DNA of 64,000 bases from Victivallis vadensis (lineage in GTDB: Bacteria; Verrucomicrobiota; Kiritimatiellia; UBA8416; CAMCYG01): the NCBI GenBank assembly GCA_945883775.1, contig CAMCYG010000004.1, positions 1,844 through 65,843 on the forward strand, read 5' to 3'. The notes beneath the pieces were generated by a model. It saw only the letters and a program-made list of their open reading frames with translations. It did not search any database and was not told the DNA's origin. How positions within the stretch are numbered: the first letter of the stretch is position 1; every line of letters starts with the position of its first letter. Below, one piece after another: positions 7,748 to 17,785 of the stretch. Position numbers and translations under genes: made by a program.

Positions 7748-10174
7748 TCAAGATTGGGGAAGTAATATGCGTGCTACTCCAGAGTCGGTACGGGTTTGGC
7801 GGGGGTTCATCCTGGTTCTGAAAATTGCGGTGGCACTGGTTTTTTCTCCGCTTTCAGTTGCCGCTTCGGTTTTGATGCCTCGCTCGGCTTTCACTTTCTT
7901 CATTTCCTGGCTAACGGCCTCTGCCGCTTCCATCTGGCTCGATATTGTAAGCTTCTTCTGGAGCTCAAGAAGATTGTTGATATATGCCTGGGCGGCAGAG
8001 AACAAGCGGCTTTCCTTGTTCATTTGTAAATTGTCGACCATGTCAATATAGGACTTCTGCAGGACCGACAACTCTACTGAGGAGTTCACGATATCCGATT
8101 CTTTTACTGTCCGAACAAGGGTAAACCTGTCAATTTCGTCCCGCACCAACGACCAGGCGTCATAATCTCCTGCTTGCTGAAGATTCATCTGCAATTCTGA
8201 TAATTCCGATAACTGATTCTCCGGCAGTAATTCAAGTTTGGTGGCGAACTCCTCCTCGGTAATTGCCAGATCCCTCTGGTAATCCTCGCGCATCAGGCTC
8301 ATGATCATTGTCGCATTGAGAATGTCGCTGGTTTCGGTTGCGGTGCCCGGTGATTGAGGCATAAGCATGTAGCTGGCATTGAAAAGGTGTGCATACCATT
8401 CAAGCATGGGGCCCAGAAGCGTTTCTTCGTGCATATACTTGATCGGCTTATACATCGAGTTCATAAGAGATGGGAAGTTGGGGGCCATGAGCTTATAGAC
8501 CGGAGCGCTGGATACGATGTAGATAAAAACAACGGCAAAGACCGACTCCATGGCATATTTAACCATTATGATCTCGCGCAGCAGCTGGATCTTAATGAGC
8601 TTTTTGCGGGCAACAGTTGTCTGGCGTCCACCCTGCTCAATGACTTTTCTGCACATATGTATGGCAAGTGTCCATTGTCTGGACGCAATGGCCTTGTCTA
8701 TTTTGACGATAGCCATTTCTGCTTGCATTGCCGGTATATCGGCTTTGGTTTTAGTCCAGGATTTGTCGGGACAAAGTGATTCGTATTCTGTGATGCTCGA
8801 CAAGGCGCTCTCGTATTCTGCACTACTCAAATGTGCGGGTATAAGCAGCCTGAGCTCCTCGATCCTGCGGATGCTATATTCCGATTTTTCTACCAGTCTG
8901 GAGACTTCTTCAAGTATTTTGCTGCCGTTGAGTCCTATGGGTTTGAAGCCGGTAAATCGCTTTCCTCTGTTGATGGTTTCCGCATAGTTCTTTAAGGCGA
9001 AGTCGTTTTTCATGGCGGAGCAGAAAGATGCGGCCCGTTCGTATTCGCGAGCATCAGCCCCGCACAACCCGCAGTAGGGTATTCCGAAGCGGGTGTCGGA
9101 TCCGCATTCTGCGCAGCGCTCACTGCCATCCCATCCGCATTTACTGCAGAAAGCGATGTTTACCGGATTGACAGTTTCGCACCATTTACAGCGCCAGGAT
9201 GTCTTAATTGTCGGGATCTGTACTGTTATATTGGTCTTGATGTCGATCAGTGACGCCAGCAGTTCAGAGGCTGATGTCCATCTTTTGTCGCGGTCCGGGG
9301 ATAGGGCCTTTACGAGCGCTTTGCGGACCTGTTCAGGGACGTCGCTTTCTCTGAAAAAACGGGGATTATTACCCGTGAGGCAGTAATACATAATCGCACC
9401 AAGCCCGTAAATGTCGGCTCGCTGATCTGAGCTGGAGGCATCGACCTCCTGTTCTGGTGCACCGTAACCCAGCGAAAGCATTTTATCTCCCGCTACGGTA
9501 AGACCAGAAGACTCTTTCATGTTTCTGGCGAGCCCGAAATCAACGATCTTCGGCTCGCTGCTCGAGTCTATCAGAATGTTAGACGGTTTGAGATCTCTGT
9601 GTATGACACCGGACTGATGCGCATATTCAATGGCTCTGGTCAGCTTAATGAGAACATCCACCGCTTCGTATACTGGCATTGGGCCGTTTTTGTTTATGGC
9701 CTCGAAAAGTGTGAAAGGATTCGACGGTAAGTCTGCTCCGACAGGCTTTCCAGGTCCGGAGACGTATTCCATGACTATATACGGGCCCTGAGCGTCTTCT
9801 TCGAGGGCATAGACATGTACTATGTAAATGTGGTTGAGTGCGGCAATAAGCTTGGCTTCTGTGGAAAACCTCTGCCTGAGCCCATGACTCTCCAGTGCTT
9901 CCTTGTGGAGCCGCTTTATGGCGACGTACCTGTTCAGCCGCACCTCCTGTGCCATATAAACAGCGCCCATTCCTCCTTCGCCTATCTTGCGGATGACATT
10001 ATAGTCAGTCGTGTTAATGACAGGGTCAGCGGTACCTGGGAAAGCGGATGCAGTGATGAGCACAGTCTTCTCACCTTGTCTCGACACAGGAACATCGTCG
10101 TCCTTTACAGGGCTGACTTTAATCACTGGTATGTTTTTGTCCTTGCTCATATTTAATGGATTGGAAATATACAC
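7748..10174 (-). CDS. membrane Ser/Thr protein kinase with double zinc ribbon and C-terminal extracytoplasmic coiled-coil region
   Basis: Hanks motifs IGEGGMGAVY...AIK, HRDLKPSNILI and DFGLA. Four CxxC pairs lie at aa 329-371. One TM segment at about aa 543-560. GTG start with GAAGGA upstream; alternative ATG at aa 9. Confidence 0.85.
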   Translation of the reverse strand: MYISNPLNMSKDKNIPVIKVSPVKDDDVPVSRQGEKTVLITASAFPGTADPVINTTDYNVIRKIGEGGMGAVYMAQEVRLNRYVAIKRLHKEALESHGLRQRFSTEAKLIAALNHIYIVHVYALEEDAQGPYIVMEYVSGPGKPVGADLPSNPFTLFEAINKNGPMPVYEAVDVLIKLTRAIEYAHQSGVIHRDLKPSNILIDSSSEPKIVDFGLARNMKESSGLTVAGDKMLSLGYGAPEQEVDASSSDQRADIYGLGAIMYYCLTGNNPRFFRESDVPEQVRKALVKALSPDRDKRWTSASELLASLIDIKTNITVQIPTIKTSWRCKWCETVNPVNIAFCSKCGWDGSERCAECGSDTRFGIPYCGLCGADAREYERAASFCSAMKNDFALKNYAETINRGKRFTGFKPIGLNGSKILEEVSRLVEKSEYSIRRIEELRLLIPAHLSSAEYESALSSITEYESLCPDKSWTKTKADIPAMQAEMAIVKIDKAIASRQWTLAIHMCRKVIEQGGRQTTVARKKLIKIQLLREIIMVKYAMESVFAVVFIYIVSSAPVYKLMAPNFPSLMNSMYKPIKYMHEETLLGPMLEWYAHLFNASYMLMPQSPGTATETSDILNATMIMSLMREDYQRDLAITEEEFATKLELLPENQLSELSELQMNLQQAGDYDAWSLVRDEIDRFTLVRTVKESDIVNSSVELSVLQKSYIDMVDNLQMNKESRLFSAAQAYINNLLELQKKLTISSQMEAAEAVSQEMKKVKAERGIKTEAATESGEKTSATAIFRTRMNPRQTRTDSGVARILLPQS

Positions 10175-10269
10175 CGTATTCCTTCTGCTTGAAAGTCATA
10201 AAATTATAAAATTATTAAATCCCATAAAGAGGTTTGACCAATCTGCTTTTCGCCCATATTCTCTGACCA

Positions 10270-11174
10270 TGCCGGAAATTATCAAGAAGGGTAGATACAG
10301 GATATGCATCGCGGATGAGTACAAATGCGATGCCATGGTTGACTATCTGCTATCCATAGACAGCCATCTTGCCTCAGGGCGGATCATAACCAAGGGACGG
10401 AATATCACTGTAATATCAGCGGCTCCAGGCAGAGAAAGTGAAATCGATGTTGTCATAAAGGCATTTCCGTCTTCGTCATCGGTCAGGCATTTACTCCCTG
10501 GCGGCGGCTACACTAAAGCAAGACGTAACTGGGAGGCGGCCGTGAGGCTGTATGAGACAATTCAGGGCACTCCTGTCCCTGTGGCTTATGTCGAACATGT
10601 GATCAAGCTGGGCACCGTTGCAAGTTTCTATATATCGGTGTATGCCGATGGTTTCTCGAGCTTTAAGGAGGAGTTGCTGAATATTTACCTCAGAGAGTGC
10701 GAAGGGGATAAGCTCAGGTCGCTTCTCGGGTCAGTAGCGGCAGGCGTGCGGAGAATGCACGACAACGGGGTGGTGCATCATGATCTGGGTAACCAGAACA
10801 TCTTCCTGCGCAGGAAAGGGGATTATGACTGGGCTGATGTTTTGTTTATCGATCTGAACAGAGGGCGTGTCTACAAAGAGATAAGCCTCCTGCGTAGAGC
10901 CAGTGACCTGTCTCGTCTTGCTTTGCCTCCAAATCTGATGAAGTTTTTCATTTTCATGTATTGCGGGAAAGATATTGAGCCGACAGAACTTGCTGCGCTG
11001 GAAGGCTTGGCCAGGTTCAAATATCAAGTCCATCACCGGAGCCGGTCTTTGCGCCATCCTTTCAGAGAGGCCAAACTTGCCGGCACGACTGATTCCTGGA
11101 CCCTTTATCCCCCGGTAAATGCGATAATGATTTCTGAAAGAGGCAAAAAGATTCCGTTAGTGGAGTTTAAATAG
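10270..11174 (+). CDS. lipopolysaccharide kinase (Kdo/WaaP/InaA) family protein
   Basis: Start trimmed to the ATG at 10270 (MPEIIKKGRY), because the track ORF extends into the divergent kinase gene. The VVHHDLGNQNIFL catalytic-loop-like motif and the size fit the PF06293-type family. LPS genes are adjacent. Confidence 0.6.
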
Positions 11175-11192
11175 GGGCTTGGCGCGTATCGT

Positions 11193-12290
11193 CTATTCAC
11201 TTTTCTTCAACAGAAATATTCCGATAAAAGTGGCGGCGATCACCGGTAACCACACGACTATATCAGCTCTCAATACCGGTGTCTTTACCAGGTATTCGGC
11301 AAGCATGGTGAGCAGGTAGTAAATCATTACAGCGACTAGACTCATCACAATGCCAACGGATGACTCGCGTCTATGTGTCTTTATGCCGAGAGGGATGCCG
11401 AGCACAATGAAGGCAACGCAAGACATTGCGTAACTCATTCGCTTGTTCAATTGGAACATATAACTCATCTGCTGTATATCCAGCGCTTTCCCAGACAAGT
11501 TTGGATGGTATGTTGAAACATTCTGGATCCTTGTGACAAGGTCTGCAAGCGTCATGTCCTTTACTGTTGCAAAGTATGTCTTGCTGAAAGTAGCTTTGGT
11601 GATGCGAATAGGCCATCGGTCGCAGTAAGCGGCATCCGGTATGTCTTTCGAGAAGGGTTTTATTGTCACTCCCTCGAGTTCCATTATGACGTCATAGCTG
11701 TTCGTGTCACTTATGAGTACTCCTGACCTGGCGGTTATCTCCCTCTTCATTCCATCTTCCCTTGTGTCATAAACCCGCACCTTAGAGAGTTTGTTGTCGG
11801 TTCTCTTCCCTATGTGAATAGACAGTCCGGGGTATTCTGTGATGTAGCGGCCTTCTTCGAACATGCTGAAGATCGAGGAGGTGCTCATCTGGGACATATA
11901 ATACCTCTGCATGTAATGTGCCTTTGGGGAAAGTTCATTTTGCATATATACCGACAAAACTGCCATAAGTATGCCGAAAAACACTGGTGTCGATACTATG
12001 CTCTCCAGGCTAATGCCGCTTGCCTTCATGGCGGTGATCTCCCCGTCTGAAGAAAGTCTGCCGAAAACAAGAAGGCTGCTGATGAGTCCTGCCTGTGGAA
12101 GAGCAAAGACCAGTGCTAATGGGATACTCGTGGCAAGTATTGACAGTAAGGGACGGGCTGATACGTCTTTTGCCAGAAGATCTGTAAGTTTGAATATCAC
12201 GCTCAATGACACAACAAAAGTAATTATGAGCAATGCCATAAAGAAGGTGACAAGGAACGCACGGCCCACATAATTTTTAAGTATTCGCAT
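11193..12290 (-). CDS. LptF/LptG family LPS export permease
   Basis: The N-terminus MRILKNYVGRAFLVTFFMALLIITFV is typical of YjgP/YjgQ. It has the 6-TM layout with a central periplasmic domain. 365 aa. Confidence 0.8.
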   Translation of the reverse strand: MRILKNYVGRAFLVTFFMALLIITFVVSLSVIFKLTDLLAKDVSARPLLSILATSIPLALVFALPQAGLISSLLVFGRLSSDGEITAMKASGISLESIVSTPVFFGILMAVLSVYMQNELSPKAHYMQRYYMSQMSTSSIFSMFEEGRYITEYPGLSIHIGKRTDNKLSKVRVYDTREDGMKREITARSGVLISDTNSYDVIMELEGVTIKPFSKDIPDAAYCDRWPIRITKATFSKTYFATVKDMTLADLVTRIQNVSTYHPNLSGKALDIQQMSYMFQLNKRMSYAMSCVAFIVLGIPLGIKTHRRESSVGIVMSLVAVMIYYLLTMLAEYLVKTPVLRADIVVWLPVIAATFIGIFLLKKSE

Positions 12291-12321
12291 AACTTACCGA
12301 TACGATTGATTGCTGATGCTG

Positions 12322-13899
12322 TCAAGCAGGTTTTCGTCTGGATTCAAGCAGAAGCTGTACTTCCTTCTTGAAAAACAGAGTGCCGATGATGCCGTAAGAC
12401 ACGATTCCCGCCAAAATGCCTGCAGAGAGGGACAAGCCCTGTTGAAGTTTGTGATGCATGCCGATCTCATTGAGCAAAAGGAAAGAATTATGTTCAGCAT
12501 ATAACGCGGCCAGAACCATTATTGCGGATGCGAGAAGCGGCTTTACTGCATAAGACACGAGGCCCGGCCATCCTATATCGCCAATCATTTTGCGCGCCGA
12601 AAGGCCGAGCATGATGCAGTTTATAATGCTCGCGATGATTGACGACACGGCCAATCCTGGAAGTTTCAGGTGCCTTGGAAGTACTGTTATGAATATAATG
12701 TTCAGTATCAGATTGACAGCCACGGCTGTTACCGAAGCTATGAAAGGCGTTTTGGTGTCCTTTAATGAGTAGAATACCGGCGGCAGAATTCTGTACAACG
12801 AGAAGACGACCAGCCCGGGTGCATAGAAGATCATATAGCTCACGGTATGGCAGGTTGATTCAGGCGTGAATCGGCCATACTCATATAAGAACCGCACCAG
12901 TGGTTCGCATAATGCGGTCATTCCTGCTGAGGCAGGGATCATTATGAAGAAAATAACTCGTATCGATCTGTTAAGGTTTGTGCGTATCCCTGCGATGTCA
13001 GAGGCGGCCGCCATTTTAGAAAACTCAGGAAACATTACAGTGCTAAGCGCTGTTGCAATCATCCCCAGCGGAAGATAGACGAGGACATCTGCATAATAAA
13101 CGGCGGCAGGGCCCCAGTCGGCTATTCTCATCGCAAGAATACTGCTAATGGTGATGTTCACAAGAACCACGCCACTGGAGAAGGCTACAGGTATCATCAT
13201 CTTGAGCATGTCTTTGACTCTGTCATCACGCCAGTCAGCAGTTAGTTTCAGCCTGAAGCCCTGTCTGCGTAATTCAGGATATTGCACGAGGAATTGAGCG
13301 ATTCCGGCAAATGTAACCGTAATCGCCACGATGTATATCCCTTTATTCATTGAATCCTTGAAGAAAGGGCAGAGGAAGAGCAGGGCGGCTATCCAGATCA
13401 CATTCAGCAGGATGGGTGATATGGCAGGGGCAGTAAATCGCTTAAGGGAATTAAGGATGGCCATGGACAAGGCGGCTAGGCAGATAAACAGCATGTACGG
13501 AAACATTATCTGCATCAGGGGAAGTACCAGCGCCGTCTTTTCATCCATAGGGATGAGTAGCCGGTATAATTGTATGCCGACAATAACTATTAATATGATT
13601 GCAGAGAGGACCGCTGTAAGCAGGGAAAACACCTTGTTTGCAAGTTGCCAGGAATCTTCCAATCCCTTGTTGTGCATGTTCCTGGTAAAAACCGGTATAA
13701 AAGAGGCGGAAAGGGCGCCTTCTCCAAACATTGCCCTGAACAAATTCGGAATTCTGAATGCCAGTACGAAGGCTGAATTGGCGAGCGCTGTCCCGAAAAA
13801 ATATGCCATAAGCATCTGTCTGGCAAGTCCCAGTACTCGGCTAATGCTTGTGAGGATACCTACTATCGCGGTTGCCCTGACTATGTTATGTCTGCTCAT
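12322..13899 (-). CDS. murJ: lipid II flippase MurJ
   Basis: SISRVLGLARQMLMAYFFGT...AFVLAFRIPNLFRAMFGEGALSASFIPVF is the MurJ/MviN signature. 525 aa, polytopic. Confidence 0.92.
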   Translation of the reverse strand: MSRHNIVRATAIVGILTSISRVLGLARQMLMAYFFGTALANSAFVLAFRIPNLFRAMFGEGALSASFIPVFTRNMHNKGLEDSWQLANKVFSLLTAVLSAIILIVIVGIQLYRLLIPMDEKTALVLPLMQIMFPYMLFICLAALSMAILNSLKRFTAPAISPILLNVIWIAALLFLCPFFKDSMNKGIYIVAITVTFAGIAQFLVQYPELRRQGFRLKLTADWRDDRVKDMLKMMIPVAFSSGVVLVNITISSILAMRIADWGPAAVYYADVLVYLPLGMIATALSTVMFPEFSKMAAASDIAGIRTNLNRSIRVIFFIMIPASAGMTALCEPLVRFLYEYGRFTPESTCHTVSYMIFYAPGLVVFSLYRILPPVFYSLKDTKTPFIASVTAVAVNLILNIIFITVLPRHLKLPGLAVSSIIASIINCIMLGLSARKMIGDIGWPGLVSYAVKPLLASAIMVLAALYAEHNSFLLLNEIGMHHKLQQGLSLSAGILAGIVSYGIIGTLFFKKEVQLLLESRRKPA

Positions 13900-13996
13900 A
13901 TAAGAAAAAGGTCAAAAGTATAACGTCAAACGTGAAATGTCTCGTGCCATGCCGCAATTGTTGCGCCTGTCTTTTTTATCTTATACTTTTAGTGTT

Positions 13997-15022
13997 TCAC
14001 TTTATACTGCTTCGTTCCATCAGCTCTTTTGCTGCATCGATAACGGACTGGGGTTTAATCGAGCGCAGTATTGATATGGCATCAGGGTCATCTTTGCTTA
14101 TCTCGCGCCGGCCAATGATCCCGTCGACGGTTATGATCTTAAAGTGTCTTCCCAGTGGGCCGGTCTTGATGGGGTCGGTGATCCCGAAGACCGCTACCAG
14201 CCTGGCTCCGCAGGCCGAGGCGAGATGCATGCCGCCTGAATCATTGCATATTACTGACAACGAATTTCGCAATATTGCAGAGAGTTCAGGAATTGAAGTA
14301 AGGCCGGCAACGCTTTTTGCCTGCATCCCAATGCTTGAGGCGACGCGTGAGCAAAGTTCTGATTCTTTCTTCGACCCCAGTATCAGGGCGCGGCATGAGT
14401 AGTCATGGATTAAAGCTTTTGCTGTCTCGACAAAATGCTCAGGTGGCCACTGTTTGACCAAGCCGTAAGCCGCACCTGGCATTATCGCCACATAACGATC
14501 ACCTGTACCAATGCTGGCCTTGGACAAAGCTGATGCTTCGGTTGCCGTGGGAATGGTGATATTTGGCGATTCCTCTTCAACAACACCTTTGTCGAGGCCG
14601 AATATATCCGCATATTCCAGGGATTGATGGCAGTTAGCATGTGCCTCTCCGTCCGGGATAATATTCGATAAGAGCAGTGAACGGCTATGACCCGGCATGC
14701 CTGTCCTTGGCGATATCCCAGCAAGGGCAGGCATTAGCGCTGATCTTATTGAATTGGACAGAATGAATGCTTTGGAACAGTCCATACGCCTGATTCGCAG
14801 TGAGGTTGACAGCGACCCTTCAATTCCTTCATCAAGTTGGATAATGTAATCAATCGAATCATGCATCTCCCAAAGAGGGATGAGGTTCTTTTTGACAAGC
14901 AGGCATACTCCGATATCTGGATTCCTACGCTTGAATACCTGTATGGCCGGCATGCTCATTATGCTGTCGCCAAGCCAATTGGTGGCAGAAATCAAAACAT
15001 TCTCTGTAAATTTTTTAACCAT
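13997..15022 (-). CDS. glycosyltransferase family 9 (ADP-heptose:LPS heptosyltransferase-like)
   Basis: NWLGDSIMSMPAIQVF at the N-terminus and CNDSGGMHLASACGARLVAVFGITDP at the C-terminus are GT9 hallmarks. Confidence 0.8.
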   Translation of the reverse strand: MVKKFTENVLISATNWLGDSIMSMPAIQVFKRRNPDIGVCLLVKKNLIPLWEMHDSIDYIIQLDEGIEGSLSTSLRIRRMDCSKAFILSNSIRSALMPALAGISPRTGMPGHSRSLLLSNIIPDGEAHANCHQSLEYADIFGLDKGVVEEESPNITIPTATEASALSKASIGTGDRYVAIMPGAAYGLVKQWPPEHFVETAKALIHDYSCRALILGSKKESELCSRVASSIGMQAKSVAGLTSIPELSAILRNSLSVICNDSGGMHLASACGARLVAVFGITDPIKTGPLGRHFKIITVDGIIGRREISKDDPDAISILRSIKPQSVIDAAKELMERSSIK

Positions 15023-15123
15023 GAAGTTTTGAATATAAATGAAACAACATGGTTAGACAACTGTATATCGAAAAGACCAGATTTGTCGTGTCATGTCTTA
15101 ACGAGAAATGAATCTAAAGAAAC

Positions 15124-15150
15124 CACGTCGCGGCCAGAGGCCTCGCCTGC
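15124..15150 (-). repeat. degenerate reverse-orientation copy of the GTAGGGCGAGGCC repeat core
   Basis: ACGTCGCGGCCAGAGGCCTCGCCTGCC aligns with the reverse complement of 23807-23834 (GACGGCTCGGCCGGAGGCCTCGCCCTACC). Intergenic between GT9 and kduD. Confidence 0.5.
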
Positions 15151-15194
15151 CAATATTCCGAAAACACAAAAAGCTTCAGTTCAGGCCGTCCGTA

Positions 15195-15956
15195 CTAGCG
15201 AGCGAGCCAGCCGCCATCTACAGGAATCACAGAGCCAGTGATATAATCAGAAGCAGGAGAAGCCAGAAATGTAACAGTGCCCTTCAGGTCGTCGGGAGTT
15301 CCCCATCGACCTGCGGGAATCCGTTCGAGAATCTGCTTATATCTCTTCTTGTCTGCCCTCAGTGCAGTGGTATTGTCGGTCGCCATATAACCAGGAGCTA
15401 TTGCGTTGACTTGTATGTTGTGCCCCGCGAGTTCATTAGCCATGGCCCTGGTTATTCCGACCACAGAATGCTTGCTGGCTGTGTACGAGACCACTCGTAT
15501 TCCGCCCTGGTATGAAAGCATTGATGCAATATTGATGATCTTGCCTCCCGACTTTTGAGCAATGAATTGCAGCGCTGTCGCCTGAGACAGGAAGAAAAGT
15601 GACTTCGCATTAAGATTCATCACGTCATCCCAGTCCTTCTCGGAGAATTCGGTTATATCAGATCTGCGTATTATGCCGGCACAGTTTACCAGAATGTCGA
15701 CCTTTCGCATTTTCTTTGCGGCTTTGCTGATTACTGATGCACAAATCTTGGAGTTCATCAGGTTAGCCTTGATGCCAAAAAAACGACGACCAAGTGCGTT
15801 TACAGCATTCTCTGTTTCTGTTGTTTCCAGTATATCCACCCCGACTATGTCTGCTCCTGCTTCCGCAAGTGCCAGAGCCATGCCCTGTCCTAATCCTCTG
15901 CCTGCTCCGGTTACTATTGCGACCTTGCCTGTCAATTTGAATTGATCGAGTATCAT
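15195..15956 (-). CDS. kduD: 2-dehydro-3-deoxy-D-gluconate 5-dehydrogenase
   Basis: MILDQFKLTGKVAIVTGAGRGLGQGMALALAEAGADIVGV plus the SDR catalytic YxxxK (YTASK). Adjacent to kduI. Confidence 0.88.
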   Translation of the reverse strand: MILDQFKLTGKVAIVTGAGRGLGQGMALALAEAGADIVGVDILETTETENAVNALGRRFFGIKANLMNSKICASVISKAAKKMRKVDILVNCAGIIRRSDITEFSEKDWDDVMNLNAKSLFFLSQATALQFIAQKSGGKIINIASMLSYQGGIRVVSYTASKHSVVGITRAMANELAGHNIQVNAIAPGYMATDNTTALRADKKRYKQILERIPAGRWGTPDDLKGTVTFLASPASDYITGSVIPVDGGWLAR

Positions 15957-15966
15957 AATTGAATTC

Positions 15967-16812
15967 CTATGCTATTTTGTTACTGTCGACGGCGTCCATA
16001 TCCGTAAATACCTGATTTTCTCCGCACATGGCCCAGATGAAACAGTAGTTGGACGTCCCCGCGCCGGAGTGTATAGACCAGCTGGGGGAAATTACTGCTT
16101 GCTCGTTCCTGACGACTATATGCCGCGTTTCGTCGGGTTGTCCCATGAGGTGGAACACATTAACGCCGGGTTTCATATCGAAGTACATGTACACCTCCAT
16201 GCGCCTGTCGTGAGTATGGCATGGCATGGTGTTCCATATACTGCCTTCCTGTAAACGGGTCATGCCCATTACCAGTTGACAGCTGGATATTCCTGCGGGG
16301 TGTATGTATTTGGATATTGTGCGCTGGTTGCAGTCAGCTTTACTGCCCAGCTCCGTCTTCTCCGTACCGGCGACACTGACCATGACTGATGGTTTGGCTG
16401 CGTGGGCAGGGCAGCTTGCAATATAGAACTTTGCAGGATCAGATGCAGATTCGCTGGCAAATACCACATCTTTTGAGCCTGCGCCGATGTAGATGCCGTC
16501 CAGCCGGGCGAGAGCGAAATCTTTACCGTCAACCGTGACGATACCGGGGCCGCCAATATTGATGACACCGGCTTCTCTGCGCTGAAGGAAGAAATCAGTT
16601 CCGGTAAGATTTGATGAAGGGATTGCAAGTTTGCCGTCGCAAGGCATTATGCCACCAAAAATCATCCGGTCAGGCTGAAAATATGTGAGAATAACCTCAT
16701 TCTTCAGGAATAACGATTTCAGCAGGAACCGCTCTCTGATGTCGGCTGTACTATAGCGCTTGAAATCGACCGGATCGCAACCGTATTTTGTAATGATAGG
16801 CTTATTTGTCAT
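15967..16812 (-). CDS. kduI: 5-dehydro-4-deoxy-D-glucuronate isomerase
   Basis: DRMIFGGIMP, the cupin His cluster (MPCHTHDRRMEVYMYF) and the C-terminus match KduI. Start set to the ATG at 16812 (MTNKPIITKY), overlapping the eda stop by 11 nt. The track ORF extends 32 codons further without support. Confidence 0.88.
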   Translation of the reverse strand: MTNKPIITKYGCDPVDFKRYSTADIRERFLLKSLFLKNEVILTYFQPDRMIFGGIMPCDGKLAIPSSNLTGTDFFLQRREAGVINIGGPGIVTVDGKDFALARLDGIYIGAGSKDVVFASESASDPAKFYIASCPAHAAKPSVMVSVAGTEKTELGSKADCNQRTISKYIHPAGISSCQLVMGMTRLQEGSIWNTMPCHTHDRRMEVYMYFDMKPGVNVFHLMGQPDETRHIVVRNEQAVISPSWSIHSGAGTSNYCFIWAMCGENQVFTDMDAVDSNKIA

Positions 16813-17446
16813 GACGTGTTGCCTTGATTTTTGCAACGTAGTCAGATGCATTCTGGGTGATCTGACTGTATTTGCCGTCTTTATATCCTGCAATGAGGCT
16901 GCCTCCAACGCCTACCGCTACTGCACCTGCAGAGAACCACTCGTGAACGTTATCCAATGTTACTCCGCCAGTCGGCATAAGTTGTGCTTGTGGTAGAGGT
17001 GCCATAAACGCCTTGATGATACGAGGGCCAAAGACTTCTGACGGAAATACCTTGATTATATCTGCGCCAGCTTCCATTGCCTCTACTACTTCTTTAACAG
17101 TCATGGCCCCTGGCATGCAGGGTATACCGTACCTGTTGCACAGCTTGACTGTATTCAGGTTGAGGCATGGTGATACAATATACTGGGCCCCATTCAAAAT
17201 AGCGGTTCTTGCCGTTTCTGGGTCTAGCACGGAGCCTGCCCCGATAATGATCTTATCTCCATGCCTCTTTGCCAGTCGCGATATGACCGCAGGCGCATCG
17301 CTGAGTGTAAATGTGACCTCGATAGCCTTAATCCCGCCGGCAAGGCAGGCTTCGGCCGCCTTTTCTGATGTCTCTGCGGAATCTGTCCTTATAATAGCAA
17401 CAATTCCGCTTTTCTTTATTTCAGTTAAAACTGATGACTTGTCCAT
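16802..17446 (-). CDS. eda: KDPG / 4-hydroxy-2-oxoglutarate aldolase
   Basis: GIKAIEVTF, IIGAGSVLD, YIVSP, PGAMTVKEV, IIKVFP and MPTGGV form the Eda pattern. 214 aa. Confidence 0.9.
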   Translation of the reverse strand: MDKSSVLTEIKKSGIVAIIRTDSAETSEKAAEACLAGGIKAIEVTFTLSDAPAVISRLAKRHGDKIIIGAGSVLDPETARTAILNGAQYIVSPCLNLNTVKLCNRYGIPCMPGAMTVKEVVEAMEAGADIIKVFPSEVFGPRIIKAFMAPLPQAQLMPTGGVTLDNVHEWFSAGAVAVGVGGSLIAGYKDGKYSQITQNASDYVAKIKATRHDK

Positions 17447-17515
17447 TTGTTTCTCCGGTAAATTAAATACGTTGAATAATCAATATCAAAACCACCAAGG
17501 GAGTAAAGCGTAATA

Positions 17516-17767
17516 TCAGAAGAATATTGATCTAACCCAGTCAATGAAGGAGTTGACGGCTGATTTGGGGCTGGTTCGCTCTTTTATCATTTCATCAGAC
17601 TGAATGTATTTGTTGTAGTCAAAGCCAGTATCGGGCAGATCCAAACCATCATACCTAGTCGACTCGGTATTCCACCCGGTGTTGTGGTCGGAGCCGCATG
17701 CCGGACAGGATAATGATCCGTCAGGGACTTCAGTTCCGCAGTTAGGACATGTTTCTGGCGTTTCCAT
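17516..17767 (-). CDS. small zinc-ribbon protein (83 aa)
   Basis: The N-terminus CPNCGTEVPDGSLSCPACG is a CxxC-x11-CxxC ribbon. It starts 18 nt after the tadC stop, so it may be the last gene of the Tad operon. Confidence 0.5.
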   Translation of the reverse strand: METPETCPNCGTEVPDGSLSCPACGSDHNTGWNTESTRYDGLDLPDTGFDYNKYIQSDEMIKERTSPKSAVNSFIDWVRSIFF

Positions 17768-17785
17768 CGTTATGATGTATATGAT

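Noticed and set aside
10011-10269. N-terminal 86 codons of the track ORF 10011..11174
   Set aside because: This stretch overlaps the 5' end of the divergent kinase gene and reads as non-protein-like sequence. The family-like part begins at the ATG at 10270.
11193-12290. Single LptF/LptG-family gene rather than an adjacent pair
   Set aside because: The paralogue is likely encoded elsewhere. The absence cannot be judged from one window.
13331-13903. 190-aa plus-strand ORF antisense to murJ. Similar cases are 33668-34219 opposite the Hcy-module gene, 17013-17513 opposite eda, and 5420-5866 opposite larB.
   Set aside because: All are nested antisense to confidently identified genes and lack recognisable motifs.
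16813-16908. 32-codon upstream extension of kduI
   Set aside because: Alignment to the E. coli KduI N-terminus starts near MTNKPIITKY. The extension lies inside eda.
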